Position numbers and translations under genes: made by a program
Notes under the pieces: generated by a model
Database searches by the model: none
Seen by the model: only the letters and a program-made list of their open reading frames with translations
What the model was told of the DNA's origin: nothing
IMG/VR virus record: IMGVR_UViG_3300035698_007281
Location: 1 to 64,000 of that record
Strand: one strand, 5' to 3'
Source of the DNA: a virus
Length of the DNA stretch: 64,000 nucleotides
Part shown: piece by piece, positions 18,046-27,671 of the stretch
Layout: every line of letters begins with the position of its first letter
How positions within the stretch are numbered: the first letter of the stretch is position 1

Positions 18046-18387
18046 TTAGATTTCCTTGGCCGAGGTGATCGTGGTCCTCACCTTGGGAAACGTAACCGGC
18101 CCGGCGTTGGGTTGGGTTGTAACGGAGTCGGTCAGGAGGATCTCCTCCAGGACAATGACCCAACCACCGTTGTCCATCTTCATGATCACCCACTTGGTGT
18201 CCAGGGGCCAGGAACCCTTGGCGGCCGCGCGGGCCAGGGCGGCCTTGGCGGCCCCGGTGTTCTTGTAACGTTTCCCAGCGGTCGGGAAGATCTGGCCTTC
18301 GACCTTCGCCCAGAACCTGAAGGCCTCGACCCTCATCAACGTTTCGTTGGAGGTTGTGATCGTGAGGAGTTCGTTGGGGGTGTTCAT
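18046..18387 (-). CDS. Early hypothetical protein
   Basis: 113 aa; AGGAGA RBS following a hairpin. Confidence 0.6.
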   Translation of the reverse strand: MNTPNELLTITTSNETLMRVEAFRFWAKVEGQIFPTAGKRYKNTGAAKAALARAAAKGSWPLDTKWVIMKMDNGGWVIVLEEILLTDSVTTQPNAGPVTFPKVRTTITSAKEI

Positions 18388-18435
18388 GATGGTCTCCTCC
18401 CCGCCCCCCAGAGGGGGAGGGGTTGGTGGTGTTGG

Positions 18436-19107
18436 TTAGATGGCGATGACGCCTCGGGTGATCACCTCGTCGCCGAACCCGAACGCCACCTGAGTCCCGT
18501 TGACGGGCGGGAGGACCAGGGCTTCGGCCTGGGAGATCTCAACGTCCTTCCCGTCGAAGACCCGGCGGGTCGTGGTGATCTGGTAGCGGCGGCAACCTTC
18601 GATCTTCTCCTCGGTGATTCCCATCAGAACACCTTCGACAAAACACGTCGGGCGGGACAGGCCGAAGTCGTAGGACCGGACTCGCATCCCGGCCCGGAGG
18701 ATCTGGAACTGTTCCTTGTCGTCGATGATCGCGGCGATGGTCCCGGCGGCCGTGGCGTCGTCCTTCTCGGTCGGAGTCAGGGCCTTGTGGAGGCCGCCCT
18801 CGTCCTCTTCGCCATCGCGGAGGTACTTGGCCAGGGCGATGATCGTCGGGTTGTCCGAGGAGTCCTCAGGGAAGTCGATGGTGGAGGAGAACAACGTCGT
18901 GAGGTCGAACTCTTCCGCGACGGTCCGGGCGTGGATCTCGGTGATGATCTCGGCAATGGCGGCCTTGTACTCTCGTCGGTTGCGGATCGTCTTGGTCTTC
19001 GTGGCGTCGAGGAGGTCGGTGTCGAGGCGGTAGGTCAACTGGATCTCTTCGTTGGTGATGATCCCGATGAACATTCTCAGGGCTGGGTTGGTGTTCTTGT
19101 TGTTCAT
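18436..19107 (-). CDS. Early hypothetical protein (C-terminal SH3-like segment)
   Basis: MNNKNTNP...; after a promoter cassette. Confidence 0.65.
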   Translation of the reverse strand: MNNKNTNPALRMFIGIITNEEIQLTYRLDTDLLDATKTKTIRNRREYKAAIAEIITEIHARTVAEEFDLTTLFSSTIDFPEDSSDNPTIIALAKYLRDGEEDEGGLHKALTPTEKDDATAAGTIAAIIDDKEQFQILRAGMRVRSYDFGLSRPTCFVEGVLMGITEEKIEGCRRYQITTTRRVFDGKDVEISQAEALVLPPVNGTQVAFGFGDEVITRGVIAI

Positions 19108-19161
19108 GGTCAGGCCTTTCGGTTGGGTGTTTCGTGTTCGGTTGTTTGCTTCACTGAGAGT

Positions 19162-19190
19162 ATTATCGGGTGGGCCAACCAAGATGCCAA
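19162..19190 (-). promoter_or_regulatory. Repeated early sigma70 promoter
   Basis: TTGGCA-17-GATAAT plus conserved leader. Confidence 0.8.
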
Positions 19191-19225
19191 GAGGAAAATA
19201 AGAAAAACTTCGGCCCATAGAAATG

Positions 19226-20716
19226 CTACGCCTTGAAGTCTCTGATGAAGTCGAGGATCTTACTGGCGGTCTGGCCCAGGTCCATGGCCCGGTCAAGGCG
19301 CTTCTCGTCGATAGTGCCTCGGCATAGGAGGTCCAGATAGAGACAGGGCTTCTCCTGGCCGAGTCTCCAGATCCGCCCCTCGGCCTGGGTGCGCACGGGA
19401 GCGCCGTGTGTTCCGTTGCCGAAGAAGACAATGGCGGTGGCGACTTGAAGATTTAGACCTTCCCCTCCGGACTTGGGGTGGGTGATCAGGAACCGGCATT
19501 CCGGGTCATTACGGAACCGGTCGATCTCGTTTTGTTTGTGCTTGACCTCGGAGCGGAGGGCGGCGAACTGTTCCGGCTTGAAGATCTCCTCGATCATCCG
19601 GGCCTCTTCCTGGTAGGAGTGGAAGATGATGATCTTGGCGTCCGGCCTGAACTCCTTGACCACGCCTCGGAGGAGTTCGATCTTCGGGTTCTTCCCGGCG
19701 GTCCGGACCACGGACTTGTCGGGTAGGATCAGGAACCCGGCGGCAACCTGGGCCAACTTGTTCCCGGTCTGGAGGATCTCCTGAGGGCCGAGTTCCCCCT
19801 TGTCGGTGACGATGAACTCCCCGTCGATGATCCGGCGGGTCCAGTCCTTCTGTTCTTTGGTCATGTCACAGCGGCGGGTCTCGTAGGTCTTGGGAGGTAG
19901 GTCGAAGCATTCCTCGCGGTCGTATCGGAGAGTGATCGGGGCGAGGGCTTCGAGGAACTCCTCCTGATCGCCAGCCTTCAGGACAGCGTTCCCGAAGAAG
20001 TCCACGTCGAACCAATCCTCCAGGAAGTTCTTCCGCGACTTCGAGAACACCCGGCCGGAGTTCAGGGTGTCGTATTGCGACCAGAGATCCGCCTCCGAGG
20101 TGGAGTAGGGTGTCCCCGACATGGCGATCACCTTCCGGGCCTCTCGGGACAACTCACGGCACATCCGGGTGGAGAGGGCCTTCGAGTCCTGGAGGCGGTG
20201 GCACTCATCGAGGATCAACCCGTCGAACCCGGCTTTCTCGATCACATCATAGGCGACGTGGAAGGGGCGTTTCCTTCCCTTCTTCCTCTTCCCCACGTAC
20301 CGGCCGAAGAGGGAGCGGAGGCCTTCGTAGTTGATGACGCAGACCTGGGCCTTGGACTCAGCCAGGAGTTTCCGGCGCTTCTCCGAGGTTCCTTGGAGGA
20401 GGGTGTATGACAGGTCGGTGTGTTCCTCGATCTGTTCCCCCCATCCTTCGATCACGGTGTTCGGACAGACGACAAGAAGTCTCTCGTATTTCCACACCTC
20501 CATGGTATAGAGGGCGGCCAGGGATTTCCCCGTCCCCACGTCGTGCCACAACATGATCCGGCGGTCCTCGTTCTCGGCGGCCCACACCAGGGTGATCCCC
20601 TGGTGGAGTTTGGGCTTGGTCTTGAACCGATCCGGTCCGAGGATGAAGTCCACATCTTCCTGAGTCAGGCTTTTGACATCATCCGGTGTCGCCATGGGCA
20701 TCTCCATGAGATTCAA
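19226..20716 (-). CDS. SNF2-family SF2 helicase
   Basis: HDVGTGKS, LVVCP, ILDECH, MSGTP, GGEGLNLQ, QAEGRIWRLGQ. Confidence 0.9.
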   Translation of the reverse strand: MNLMEMPMATPDDVKSLTQEDVDFILGPDRFKTKPKLHQGITLVWAAENEDRRIMLWHDVGTGKSLAALYTMEVWKYERLLVVCPNTVIEGWGEQIEEHTDLSYTLLQGTSEKRRKLLAESKAQVCVINYEGLRSLFGRYVGKRKKGRKRPFHVAYDVIEKAGFDGLILDECHRLQDSKALSTRMCRELSREARKVIAMSGTPYSTSEADLWSQYDTLNSGRVFSKSRKNFLEDWFDVDFFGNAVLKAGDQEEFLEALAPITLRYDREECFDLPPKTYETRRCDMTKEQKDWTRRIIDGEFIVTDKGELGPQEILQTGNKLAQVAAGFLILPDKSVVRTAGKNPKIELLRGVVKEFRPDAKIIIFHSYQEEARMIEEIFKPEQFAALRSEVKHKQNEIDRFRNDPECRFLITHPKSGGEGLNLQVATAIVFFGNGTHGAPVRTQAEGRIWRLGQEKPCLYLDLLCRGTIDEKRLDRAMDLGQTASKILDFIRDFKA

Positions 20717-22082
20717 TCTCGTCGGTGATCTCGTCCTTCATCCAGGAGGCCATGGCGAACCGGCCCACATCGAAGCATGGGGAGAACATGACGTGTCCCC
20801 CCTGCCGGTCACCACGGGAGGCCAAGACGTTGAAGGCGGCCATCCCGTTCTTCACATCGTCCTTGGAGCGGCCGATTGCAAACATCAGGTCACAATTTCC
20901 CACCTTCCGGCGATCTTCACTCACGTCCTTCTGAGAGACCCGGCGTTTCTCCAGCGCCGAGGTGGTGACCTGGGAGACGGTGGCCACTACGATCTGGAGG
21001 CGGTCGGCAAGGCCCTTGGCCCAGATGTAGGCGCGGTTGAGTTGGTGGCGGTAGTCCTGCGCCAGGGGGGTGAGGTCCATGATGTCGATGTAGTCGATCA
21101 GGAGGACATCCGGCGTCCACCCCTCGTGGGCTTCGAGGTAGTGGATGTATCGTTCGATCTCCGCGCAGGTACACTGGCCCATGGCGTACTTCTTCAGCCG
21201 GAGAGATCCACCGAGGCGGTCGATAGTCCGACGCGCCTTCAGGATCGCGGTGATCCCCTCCTGGGTGTAGATGCTTTCAAGGGCGATCTCCCGTTGTTCG
21301 GGTTCCCCGTTGCGGACGGCCCAGTAGTCGATGATCTCACCGATGTGTTTTGTCGCCCTCATGGTGAGGGCCATATCGTACCGGGCCTCCAGGGTATGGA
21401 CAGGAACCTCATGGGAGATCTGGAGGACGTTCCTCCCACGGGACAGGCCGTCGATCCCCAGGGAGGACAACCAGAAAGTCTTCCCGGCTTTGTAGCCTCC
21501 CAGAGTGACGATCAGTTCCCCCCGGCGGAACCCGTCCACCAGTTTGTCCATGGCGGGGATCCCGGTGGAGATGATCACCTCGGAGGTCTCAGGGCGGCCG
21601 ACGTTCTTGGTGTCTTTGGTGTAGTTGATCCCATCGTCGGTCAGGACCGATCCGGATCTCAGGGCCTCGTACATCATGTTGTCGTACTCATCCAACTTCC
21701 CGTCCTGTAGGAGATCCGACGCGCCCAGGTGGGCCTCCTCACGCACACGAGCGCGGATGAAGTCACCCAGGCGGTTGATCACATAGGCGCGGTTGGGTTG
21801 ATGGATCTCCCCCAACCTCTGGGCATAGAGGACATGCTCGTCCACGTCATCTTCGGGGAGGGAGGCGCAAAATCGGAAGAGTTCGTCCTGGAAGTGATCC
21901 TTGGGGGCCTTCTCGGAGACCTCGTAAAACCCATAACAGATCCCCAGGAGATTGTCGGCCAGTCGAGAGGTTAGGTGTTTGGGTTCGAGTTGGCCGTGGA
22001 TCTGTTTGATGAACTCGGTATCGGTGATGGCCAGCCGGAGGATTGAATCTTGGAGATGTTGGTTTAGTTGAATCATATCCAC
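20679..22082 (-). CDS. dnaB: DnaB-like replicative helicase
   Basis: ISTGIPAMD, GGYKAGKT, ISHE, LLIDYIDIM, TVSQ. Confidence 0.85.
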   Translation of the reverse strand: MDMIQLNQHLQDSILRLAITDTEFIKQIHGQLEPKHLTSRLADNLLGICYGFYEVSEKAPKDHFQDELFRFCASLPEDDVDEHVLYAQRLGEIHQPNRAYVINRLGDFIRARVREEAHLGASDLLQDGKLDEYDNMMYEALRSGSVLTDDGINYTKDTKNVGRPETSEVIISTGIPAMDKLVDGFRRGELIVTLGGYKAGKTFWLSSLGIDGLSRGRNVLQISHEVPVHTLEARYDMALTMRATKHIGEIIDYWAVRNGEPEQREIALESIYTQEGITAILKARRTIDRLGGSLRLKKYAMGQCTCAEIERYIHYLEAHEGWTPDVLLIDYIDIMDLTPLAQDYRHQLNRAYIWAKGLADRLQIVVATVSQVTTSALEKRRVSQKDVSEDRRKVGNCDLMFAIGRSKDDVKNGMAAFNVLASRGDRQGGHVMFSPCFDVGRFAMASWMKDEITDEIESHGDAHGDTG

Positions 22083-23017
22083 CTTATCGGAAGTTCACGG
22101 ATCACGTCCCCACCCAGACTGTCGGGGTCTTCCCCCTCGGGTAGGCGGGCAACACCCACTCGGCCCATTATAGGAGCGAGGGAGTAGGCAGCACTCAAAG
22201 ATTTGTCCCAGGAATCAGAATCCCAACAAATGACCACCTCATCGATCAGAGGATCGGTAACGAGTTGGCGGCGTTGGGCGAGGGTTAGGGCATGGGTGAA
22301 TGACCCCACGGCGTTCCACTCCATCCTCCAGACATCGAAGGCCCCTTCCACCACGTAGATCGGCTCCCTCCGTTCGATGACCGGCGACCAGTAGAGGAAC
22401 TCTCCGACCGGGCCTTCGGAGAGGTATTTGGCCTTCTTGCGGCCAGTGGTGTCCCGGCCTTGGAAGGCGACGACCTTCCCCTGGTAGTCGTGGACGGGGA
22501 TGATCAGGCGGTGGCCGTGCTTCCCGTTCCGGCCTGGGTAGTGGGTCTCGTAGAGGCGGCAGTGGTCCTGGGTGAAGTCTCGATCCCTGATGAACCTCCG
22601 GATCTCTGGGTAGACCTCCCACACGTCCTCGTCTACGGGAAGGCCTGGGAGGTCGATCTCTGGGTGAACGGCCGTCTGGAGCGATTCTCCGGACCCACGG
22701 AGGCGTTCTCGCACACGGGCGGCCAGGGGAAGATCCTCGTCGGCGGTTTCGGTTCGGCCCAGGTAGGATTCGTACTGGGTCCAGGTCAGACCCACCATCA
22801 TCTTCAGGAGGGTGAAGAGAGGCCCGACTCGCTTACAACGGAAACAGTGGAACCGGAGGGTGGAATAGAAGATTCCACAACGTTCCTTTGAGTCCCGGCG
22901 GCCGGATGTCCTTCCCGTACAGAAAGGGCAATTGACGTTGACGGCCTTCTCGGTGATCTCTGTGAAGGGGATGGACAGGGTCCGGAGTAACGGTACTAGG
23001 TCTCGCCTTGTGGCCAT
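22073..23017 (-). CDS. DNA primase (Zn finger plus TOPRIM)
   Basis: CPFC...HCFRC; RLIIP...AFQGR...KY; VVEG.FD; WDSD; DPD. Confidence 0.88.
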   Translation of the reverse strand: MATRRDLVPLLRTLSIPFTEITEKAVNVNCPFCTGRTSGRRDSKERCGIFYSTLRFHCFRCKRVGPLFTLLKMMVGLTWTQYESYLGRTETADEDLPLAARVRERLRGSGESLQTAVHPEIDLPGLPVDEDVWEVYPEIRRFIRDRDFTQDHCRLYETHYPGRNGKHGHRLIIPVHDYQGKVVAFQGRDTTGRKKAKYLSEGPVGEFLYWSPVIERREPIYVVEGAFDVWRMEWNAVGSFTHALTLAQRRQLVTDPLIDEVVICWDSDSWDKSLSAAYSLAPIMGRVGVARLPEGEDPDSLGGDVIRELPIRWI

Positions 23018-23202
23018 GTGAAAATCGGTCTCCGTCGCGTGGTCTTCACCCAGTTGGTCAGGTATCGCCCGGTCCCCCGACAGGCGAACCGTAGCGCCTT
23101 AGTGTATCCGTGGCGGTAGGTACGACCCGTTTTTGTCGCGCCAACCACCCGGCGACAGACCGGGCAGCGACCCGACCCGTTCTTATACGTTCGTTTGCTC
23201 AT
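22996..23202 (-). CDS. Small basic Zn-ribbon protein
   Basis: CPVC...H...CRG. Confidence 0.5.
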   Translation of the reverse strand: MSKRTYKNGSGRCPVCRRVVGATKTGRTYRHGYTKALRFACRGTGRYLTNWVKTTRRRPIFTWPQGET

Positions 23203-23204
23203 GG

Positions 23205-23720
23205 CTAGAGAATGATCCCCAGGTGACGTTCGGTGATATCGGCCCAGTTGTTCCGGAAGGGTTCGGTGGGGACGCCTGTCCGCCGGGCGGCCTCGTAGAT
23301 CCTGGTGGTGAGGACCGGGATCTGGAATTCCTGACCGGAGGTGAAGTCGTCAACGAACAAGCGGAACGTCTTCGGTGTTCTGCAACCACGGATCTCATCC
23401 GCCCCGATGACGGCCATCTTGTGTTCGGCGGCTTCGACCACGATGATTTCATCAAAGGTGAAACCATGGAAATTCAACCAGTCCAGGGTGGCCTCCCCTT
23501 CCATATCCCAGGGGCGGGCCGTTAGGATGAAGATCTTCCACCCGGCGTTCTCGAACTCGTCCAAAGCTTCTTTGGCGAGTGGGAGCGGTTGGTCGGTGAT
23601 CGTGTTCTTAAACGCCTCCTGGGGGTTGATTATCCCATTGGACGAAAACTCCCGGATCCGCTTCCAGTGGTTGTTCAGGGTGGAGTCAACATCGACGAAG
23701 AGAAGTTGTTGTTCAGACAT
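23205..23720 (-). CDS. HAD-superfamily phosphatase
   Basis: FVDVDSTL, ILTAR, K, FVDD. Confidence 0.8.
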   Translation of the reverse strand: MSEQQLLFVDVDSTLNNHWKRIREFSSNGIINPQEAFKNTITDQPLPLAKEALDEFENAGWKIFILTARPWDMEGEATLDWLNFHGFTFDEIIVVEAAEHKMAVIGADEIRGCRTPKTFRLFVDDFTSGQEFQIPVLTTRIYEAARRTGVPTEPFRNNWADITERHLGIIL

Positions 23721-24801
23721 TCGGTTTGATCTCCAGGTTGGTGGCGAGCGCCTCGAAGCATTCACGGAACAAGGTTTCCTTGTTGAGCCAATGCGTATAC
23801 ATGGGGCAAATTGCCTCGATGATCGGCCTCGACTCTTCGAGGAACGTTACAAGGGCGGGGTAAGACGGGTTGTAGAACGGAGGTTTGTCCCCGGCTCGGG
23901 GGTTCCCTGTGGAGAAGTCCGGTTGCACTTCCAGGAATACGGGAGCGCCGTTGCCCCGGAAGATCACGTCCACGCCCTGGAAGTTGAGGCCCAGGACATG
24001 GACGGCCCGGACGATTTCGGCCTCGTTGGCCAAACACCATTTCTGACAGTGTTGTTGGAATATGAGGAACGAGTGGCCCATGTCGGGGGTGAACTTGCCG
24101 GTGATGGCCACCCAGTCGGGGGCAATACACAGACGGGCGTAGGCGGTGACAACCTTGTCCCCGGCCACGATGATCCGGAGTGATTGCCTGTATCCCAGGT
24201 GTTCGGTCTCGATGAACTCTTGGACCACGATCTTCCGACCGAGGCCCGGACCCCATCGACGCTCGATATCGCCCGTGTCCGGTCCCCATCGACGCTCGAT
24301 ATCGCCCGTGTCCGGTCCCTTGAGATTCTCGATAGCGTCCCGGTATTCGTCGCCGGTCTGGCATAGGTATGAATGCTCCCCAGAGACTGAGTTGTTGAAC
24401 CGTACCAGGAGGGGGAGTCCGGTCGGGCCTTCCTCTTCGACGTACCTCCAGTTGGAGATCGGCACATCCTTATCGGCCCAACGCTTCCAGGCCACGTCCT
24501 TGGAATGAACGTTGGGGAACCCGTTAGGGTCGTTGATGGATGGCGCAACCCCATCCAGTTCCAACGCCAGGGCGCGGGCCTTGGTGAACTCTTCGGTGTT
24601 GGTTCGTTCGGCGTGGAGTTTCCAGTAGATGACCGAGACCCCGGCGACGGTCTCCGAGGGGTGTTCGTTCAGGGTGGACACCAGATCGTCGATGCCATAT
24701 TCGGTCACCGGCCCGAAGCAGTTCTCGAACTCGGCCTTCTCGTAAGGCCATCGCCATCGGTTCGGGTTGCGGGGGTCGGTGAAGACAACTATGGATCTCA
24801 T
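23713..24801 (-). CDS. ATP-grasp ligase (RimK-like fold)
   Basis: VVQEFIE, LRIIVAG, LGLNFQGVDVI, FLEVQP. Confidence 0.75.
   Translation of the reverse strand: MRSIVVFTDPRNPNRWRWPYEKAEFENCFGPVTEYGIDDLVSTLNEHPSETVAGVSVIYWKLHAERTNTEEFTKARALALELDGVAPSINDPNGFPNVHSKDVAWKRWADKDVPISNWRYVEEEGPTGLPLLVRFNNSVSGEHSYLCQTGDEYRDAIENLKGPDTGDIERRWGPDTGDIERRWGPGLGRKIVVQEFIETEHLGYRQSLRIIVAGDKVVTAYARLCIAPDWVAITGKFTPDMGHSFLIFQQHCQKWCLANEAEIVRAVHVLGLNFQGVDVIFRGNGAPVFLEVQPDFSTGNPRAGDKPPFYNPSYPALVTFLEESRPIIEAICPMYTHWLNKETLFRECFEALATNLEIKPNV
24251..24319. repeat. Perfect 33-bp tandem duplication in the ATP-grasp gene (GPDTGDIERRW x2)
   Basis: ccccatcgacgctcgatatcgcccgtgtccggt at 24251-24283 and 24284-24316. Confidence 0.95.
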
Positions 24802-25727
24802 CAGTAGTTTCCTTTTGAAAGATCTCGAACAAAATCTCCATGGTCCTCATCTCTCCCGGACCACAGAAACACCTGATACCCGCGCTTGCCCCGATACAGT
24901 CCCCACTTTCCGGCGAACCGTTCAGACAACATCCCACAGGGGAAAGTGATGACCGGCCCCTCCCCCATTATCGACATGGGAAAATCTGACACGGCGTCTA
25001 TTATGTTTTTGCGGCGGGTTAGAATTTCCAGCCGGTGTTCCTTGAGGTCGAACTCCATCAACCTGGACCGCAGTTGAGCGAAGAGTTGAATGGCCGAAGT
25101 GTGGGGTGTCTCGTTACACTGGGCGAAGTTGATGCGGTCCCGTAGGGACAGTTCAGATCCGGCGAGCGCCGTTTGTTTGAACAGGTTCCGGAGAACCTTC
25201 TTGACCACGATGACCGATAGGCCGGGGGCAACGCCCAGGGCTTTCCCGGTCACGGTCACCCACACAGAGGCGTTGTCCGGAATCGGGTAGAACGGGAAGG
25301 CGGACACCATGTCATAGAACTTGGTTTGCCCTGGGGCGGCCGACCGGTTGTTCGTGGGGCGGGACTCGGCGGTCTCGTATGAACAAAAACAATTGAGGAT
25401 CTTTTGGTGGTGTCGGTAACCAACGGACGCCCAGAAAGTGCAGAGGCGGCGAAGGCGGTTAATGAATTCACCATCGTCATCTGGATCCGTGGCGAAACTC
25501 CCGCCCCAAGAGGCCAGGACGTTCTCGATGGCCAGAGTTCCGGATCCAGTAACGAAAAGAATTTCAAAGGTGTCCGGGATCTCGAACTTCTGACGGAAGA
25601 GTTTGGTTGTCACCCGGAGGAGGTTCTGGAAGTTGACGCTCCGGTGGTGGGTGTTTCCGTAATTGGTTGTTTGTATTTCACTAGGTCCGAACATGATTCC
25701 ATCGGTCTCCATTTGTGACACGAACAC
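24801..25727 (-). CDS. PLP-dependent class V aminotransferase (SerC/AEP transaminase-like; start may be 25712 or 25694)
   Basis: FGP, HHRS..F, TGSGT, ET, DMVSAF, GKALG..PGL, TPHT. Confidence 0.8.
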   Translation of the reverse strand: MFVSQMETDGIMFGPSEIQTTNYGNTHHRSVNFQNLLRVTTKLFRQKFEIPDTFEILFVTGSGTLAIENVLASWGGSFATDPDDDGEFINRLRRLCTFWASVGYRHHQKILNCFCSYETAESRPTNNRSAAPGQTKFYDMVSAFPFYPIPDNASVWVTVTGKALGVAPGLSVIVVKKVLRNLFKQTALAGSELSLRDRINFAQCNETPHTSAIQLFAQLRSRLMEFDLKEHRLEILTRRKNIIDAVSDFPMSIMGEGPVITFPCGMLSERFAGKWGLYRGKRGYQVFLWSGRDEDHGDFVRDLSKGNY

Positions 25728-26667
25728 AAAGGGCTTCCAACTCCTCCCCGTACCGGGAGGGATCGGCCTTGTCCATTATAGTCTGGCGAACGACCGTTCG
25801 ATCCATTTTTTCGGTGGCCATCAAGGCCTTATACATCATCTCCACGTTGTCGCACACGAACCCGTTGTGGAATGGTTTGATCCTGGAGATGATTCCTCCG
25901 TTGTTGGAACACACCACGGGGGTCCCCCTCAACATAGCCTCCTTGGGTGCGCCTGGATCGGCATCACACACGGTCGCGGTATGTAGGAAGACCTTCGCTC
26001 GTCCGAAGACTTTATCCCGTCCTTCTTGGCCCAGTTCCCCACAGTACTGGAAGGCGGAGAACGTTTCCAGATCGGCCAAGTATTGTTTGTCCCTCACAGG
26101 CCCGTAGACCTTGAACTCCATCTCCAATTCGGAACACACAGCGGCGGCGACGTGAATTCCTTTCATCGGATGGATAGGCCCTACGAAGAGGGCATACTTC
26201 CCCCCCTTGCCGAGAGGAACCAGTTCGGGATCTTCAGTCAAGGGGTTCATTAGAACGGGGTGGTCCGGGCATCCCCAGAACTCGGCGAACTCCTTGGAGA
26301 CGTACACCCGATTCTGGACGGTGTCGTGGGGGTATCGTTTGAAGGGGTCGCCACACATCAGGCCGATGACCTTCCCACTGATCAGGCCCTGGGCGGTGAT
26401 GTGGAAGGCGGCCCGGTCGATGATCGCGTCGTACTGGTCGGCGGCCTTGGCGATCATGGCGACCAGTTCCTTCTCGGCCCCCATCTCGGCCACGGAGGAG
26501 GTGACCAAGTTGGTGGCCGGGCAGGTAGATCCGGGCGCGGCGTAGAGGTCCACCTCGTGTCCTCGTTTCATCAATTCAAGGACCATGGTGTTGGCCACCC
26601 GTTCCCCTCCACCATAACCGGTGGGGGGAACGGGATTCTCCGGGGTGACTACGAGGGCCAGTTTCAT
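25681..26667 (-). CDS. GT4-family glycosyltransferase
   Basis: PVPPTGYGGGERV, RGHEVDLYA, KG, EAM..GTPVV. Confidence 0.85.
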   Translation of the reverse strand: MKLALVVTPENPVPPTGYGGGERVANTMVLELMKRGHEVDLYAAPGSTCPATNLVTSSVAEMGAEKELVAMIAKAADQYDAIIDRAAFHITAQGLISGKVIGLMCGDPFKRYPHDTVQNRVYVSKEFAEFWGCPDHPVLMNPLTEDPELVPLGKGGKYALFVGPIHPMKGIHVAAAVCSELEMEFKVYGPVRDKQYLADLETFSAFQYCGELGQEGRDKVFGRAKVFLHTATVCDADPGAPKEAMLRGTPVVCSNNGGIISRIKPFHNGFVCDNVEMMYKALMATEKMDRTVVRQTIMDKADPSRYGEELEALCVRVTNGDRWNHVRT

Positions 26668-26945
26668 TTCTCGGTCCTCAGGATGGAGAGATCGGTCCCA
26701 TGGTCCACCACCACGGCCTTGGTCCCCTCGGGGAGGATGTTCTTCAGCCGGGACATCCAGGCCCCCCTCATGAACTCGGCCGCCTTGTCCGGTAACGTAA
26801 CCACGAGAATGTCACCGGGTTGGAGTTCCAATTTGGAGATCCCGATCTCGAAGGAGTAGATCTTGACCTCCGGCGGGGGCTTGATCGGTGGTAGTGGTTT
26901 CGGTAGGGGGACGTTGGGTTTCAGATCTTCAGTCATCGTCACCAC
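26664..26945 (-). CDS. Small hypothetical protein
   Basis: 93 aa, overlaps both neighbours; LELQPGDILVV. Confidence 0.55.
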   Translation of the reverse strand: MVTMTEDLKPNVPLPKPLPPIKPPPEVKIYSFEIGISKLELQPGDILVVTLPDKAAEFMRGAWMSRLKNILPEGTKAVVVDHGTDLSILRTEK

Positions 26946-27669
26946 GCCCGATCAGGTCGGCGGGCGAGACACAGTCGATGTATCCACCTTCGACCATCTC
27001 GCCCACGAAGCCGATCTCCTGTTGGAATTGTTCCCAGGTGATGTCCTGGCCGGATCCGTGGTGGTGCGCTACGTTGTGGTAGCAGATCACGGCGAGGCGG
27101 CCCAGGTCGGCGGCCCACTGGACCACGTCCATGGTACGCTCCGGGTGGCGAACATCGGCGGCGGCGGTGATGCCGATGATCTTCTCGGCGTAGTTGGCCG
27201 GGTAGAGGCGCTTCCCGCCGAGGATCGTCCAGTTCCCGAACTTCTCCGGGAGCGGCGTTCCCACGGTCATCCGGATCCACCTGAAGTGGTCAACGTACTC
27301 TCGGAGGTGATCCGGCCCCCCGACGTTGGGAGTCCCGAACGGAACAAGGAGGAAGTCTCCGTCGTATCCCCAGGAGTTGACCGCATCACGGCCCTCGATG
27401 ACATCCTCGATCACACCTTCCGGGCCGGAAGGTGTGATGTCCTTCTCGGGTTGCCCACCCAACCAAGCGTGGGCGGCCCCGTGGGAGGCTATGGTGTGGC
27501 CGTTGTCGGACATGTCGGAGAGATCCTCGTGGTCGAGGAAGCCGGGAGTCCCGACCTTGTCAGTGACCACACCGAAGGTGGCTTGGAGTTCGCGGTCCGC
27601 CAGGGCCTTGGCGGCGGCCAGATGGATGGCGGTCCCATCGTCAAATGTGAATAGTACTTGGCCTTTCAT
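26929..27669 (-). CDS. Polysaccharide deacetylase (NodB/CE4-like)
   Basis: LFTFDDG, ATF.V, GH.IASHG..H, P.G, ICYH. Confidence 0.85.
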   Translation of the reverse strand: MKGQVLFTFDDGTAIHLAAAKALADRELQATFGVVTDKVGTPGFLDHEDLSDMSDNGHTIASHGAAHAWLGGQPEKDITPSGPEGVIEDVIEGRDAVNSWGYDGDFLLVPFGTPNVGGPDHLREYVDHFRWIRMTVGTPLPEKFGNWTILGGKRLYPANYAEKIIGITAAADVRHPERTMDVVQWAADLGRLAVICYHNVAHHHGSGQDITWEQFQQEIGFVGEMVEGGYIDCVSPADLIGRGDDD

Positions 27670-27671
27670 GA

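Noticed and set aside
16974-19223. Repeats as a CRISPR array
   Set aside because: Copies are about 1 kb apart, separated by genes, and contain -35/-10 boxes; no cas genes
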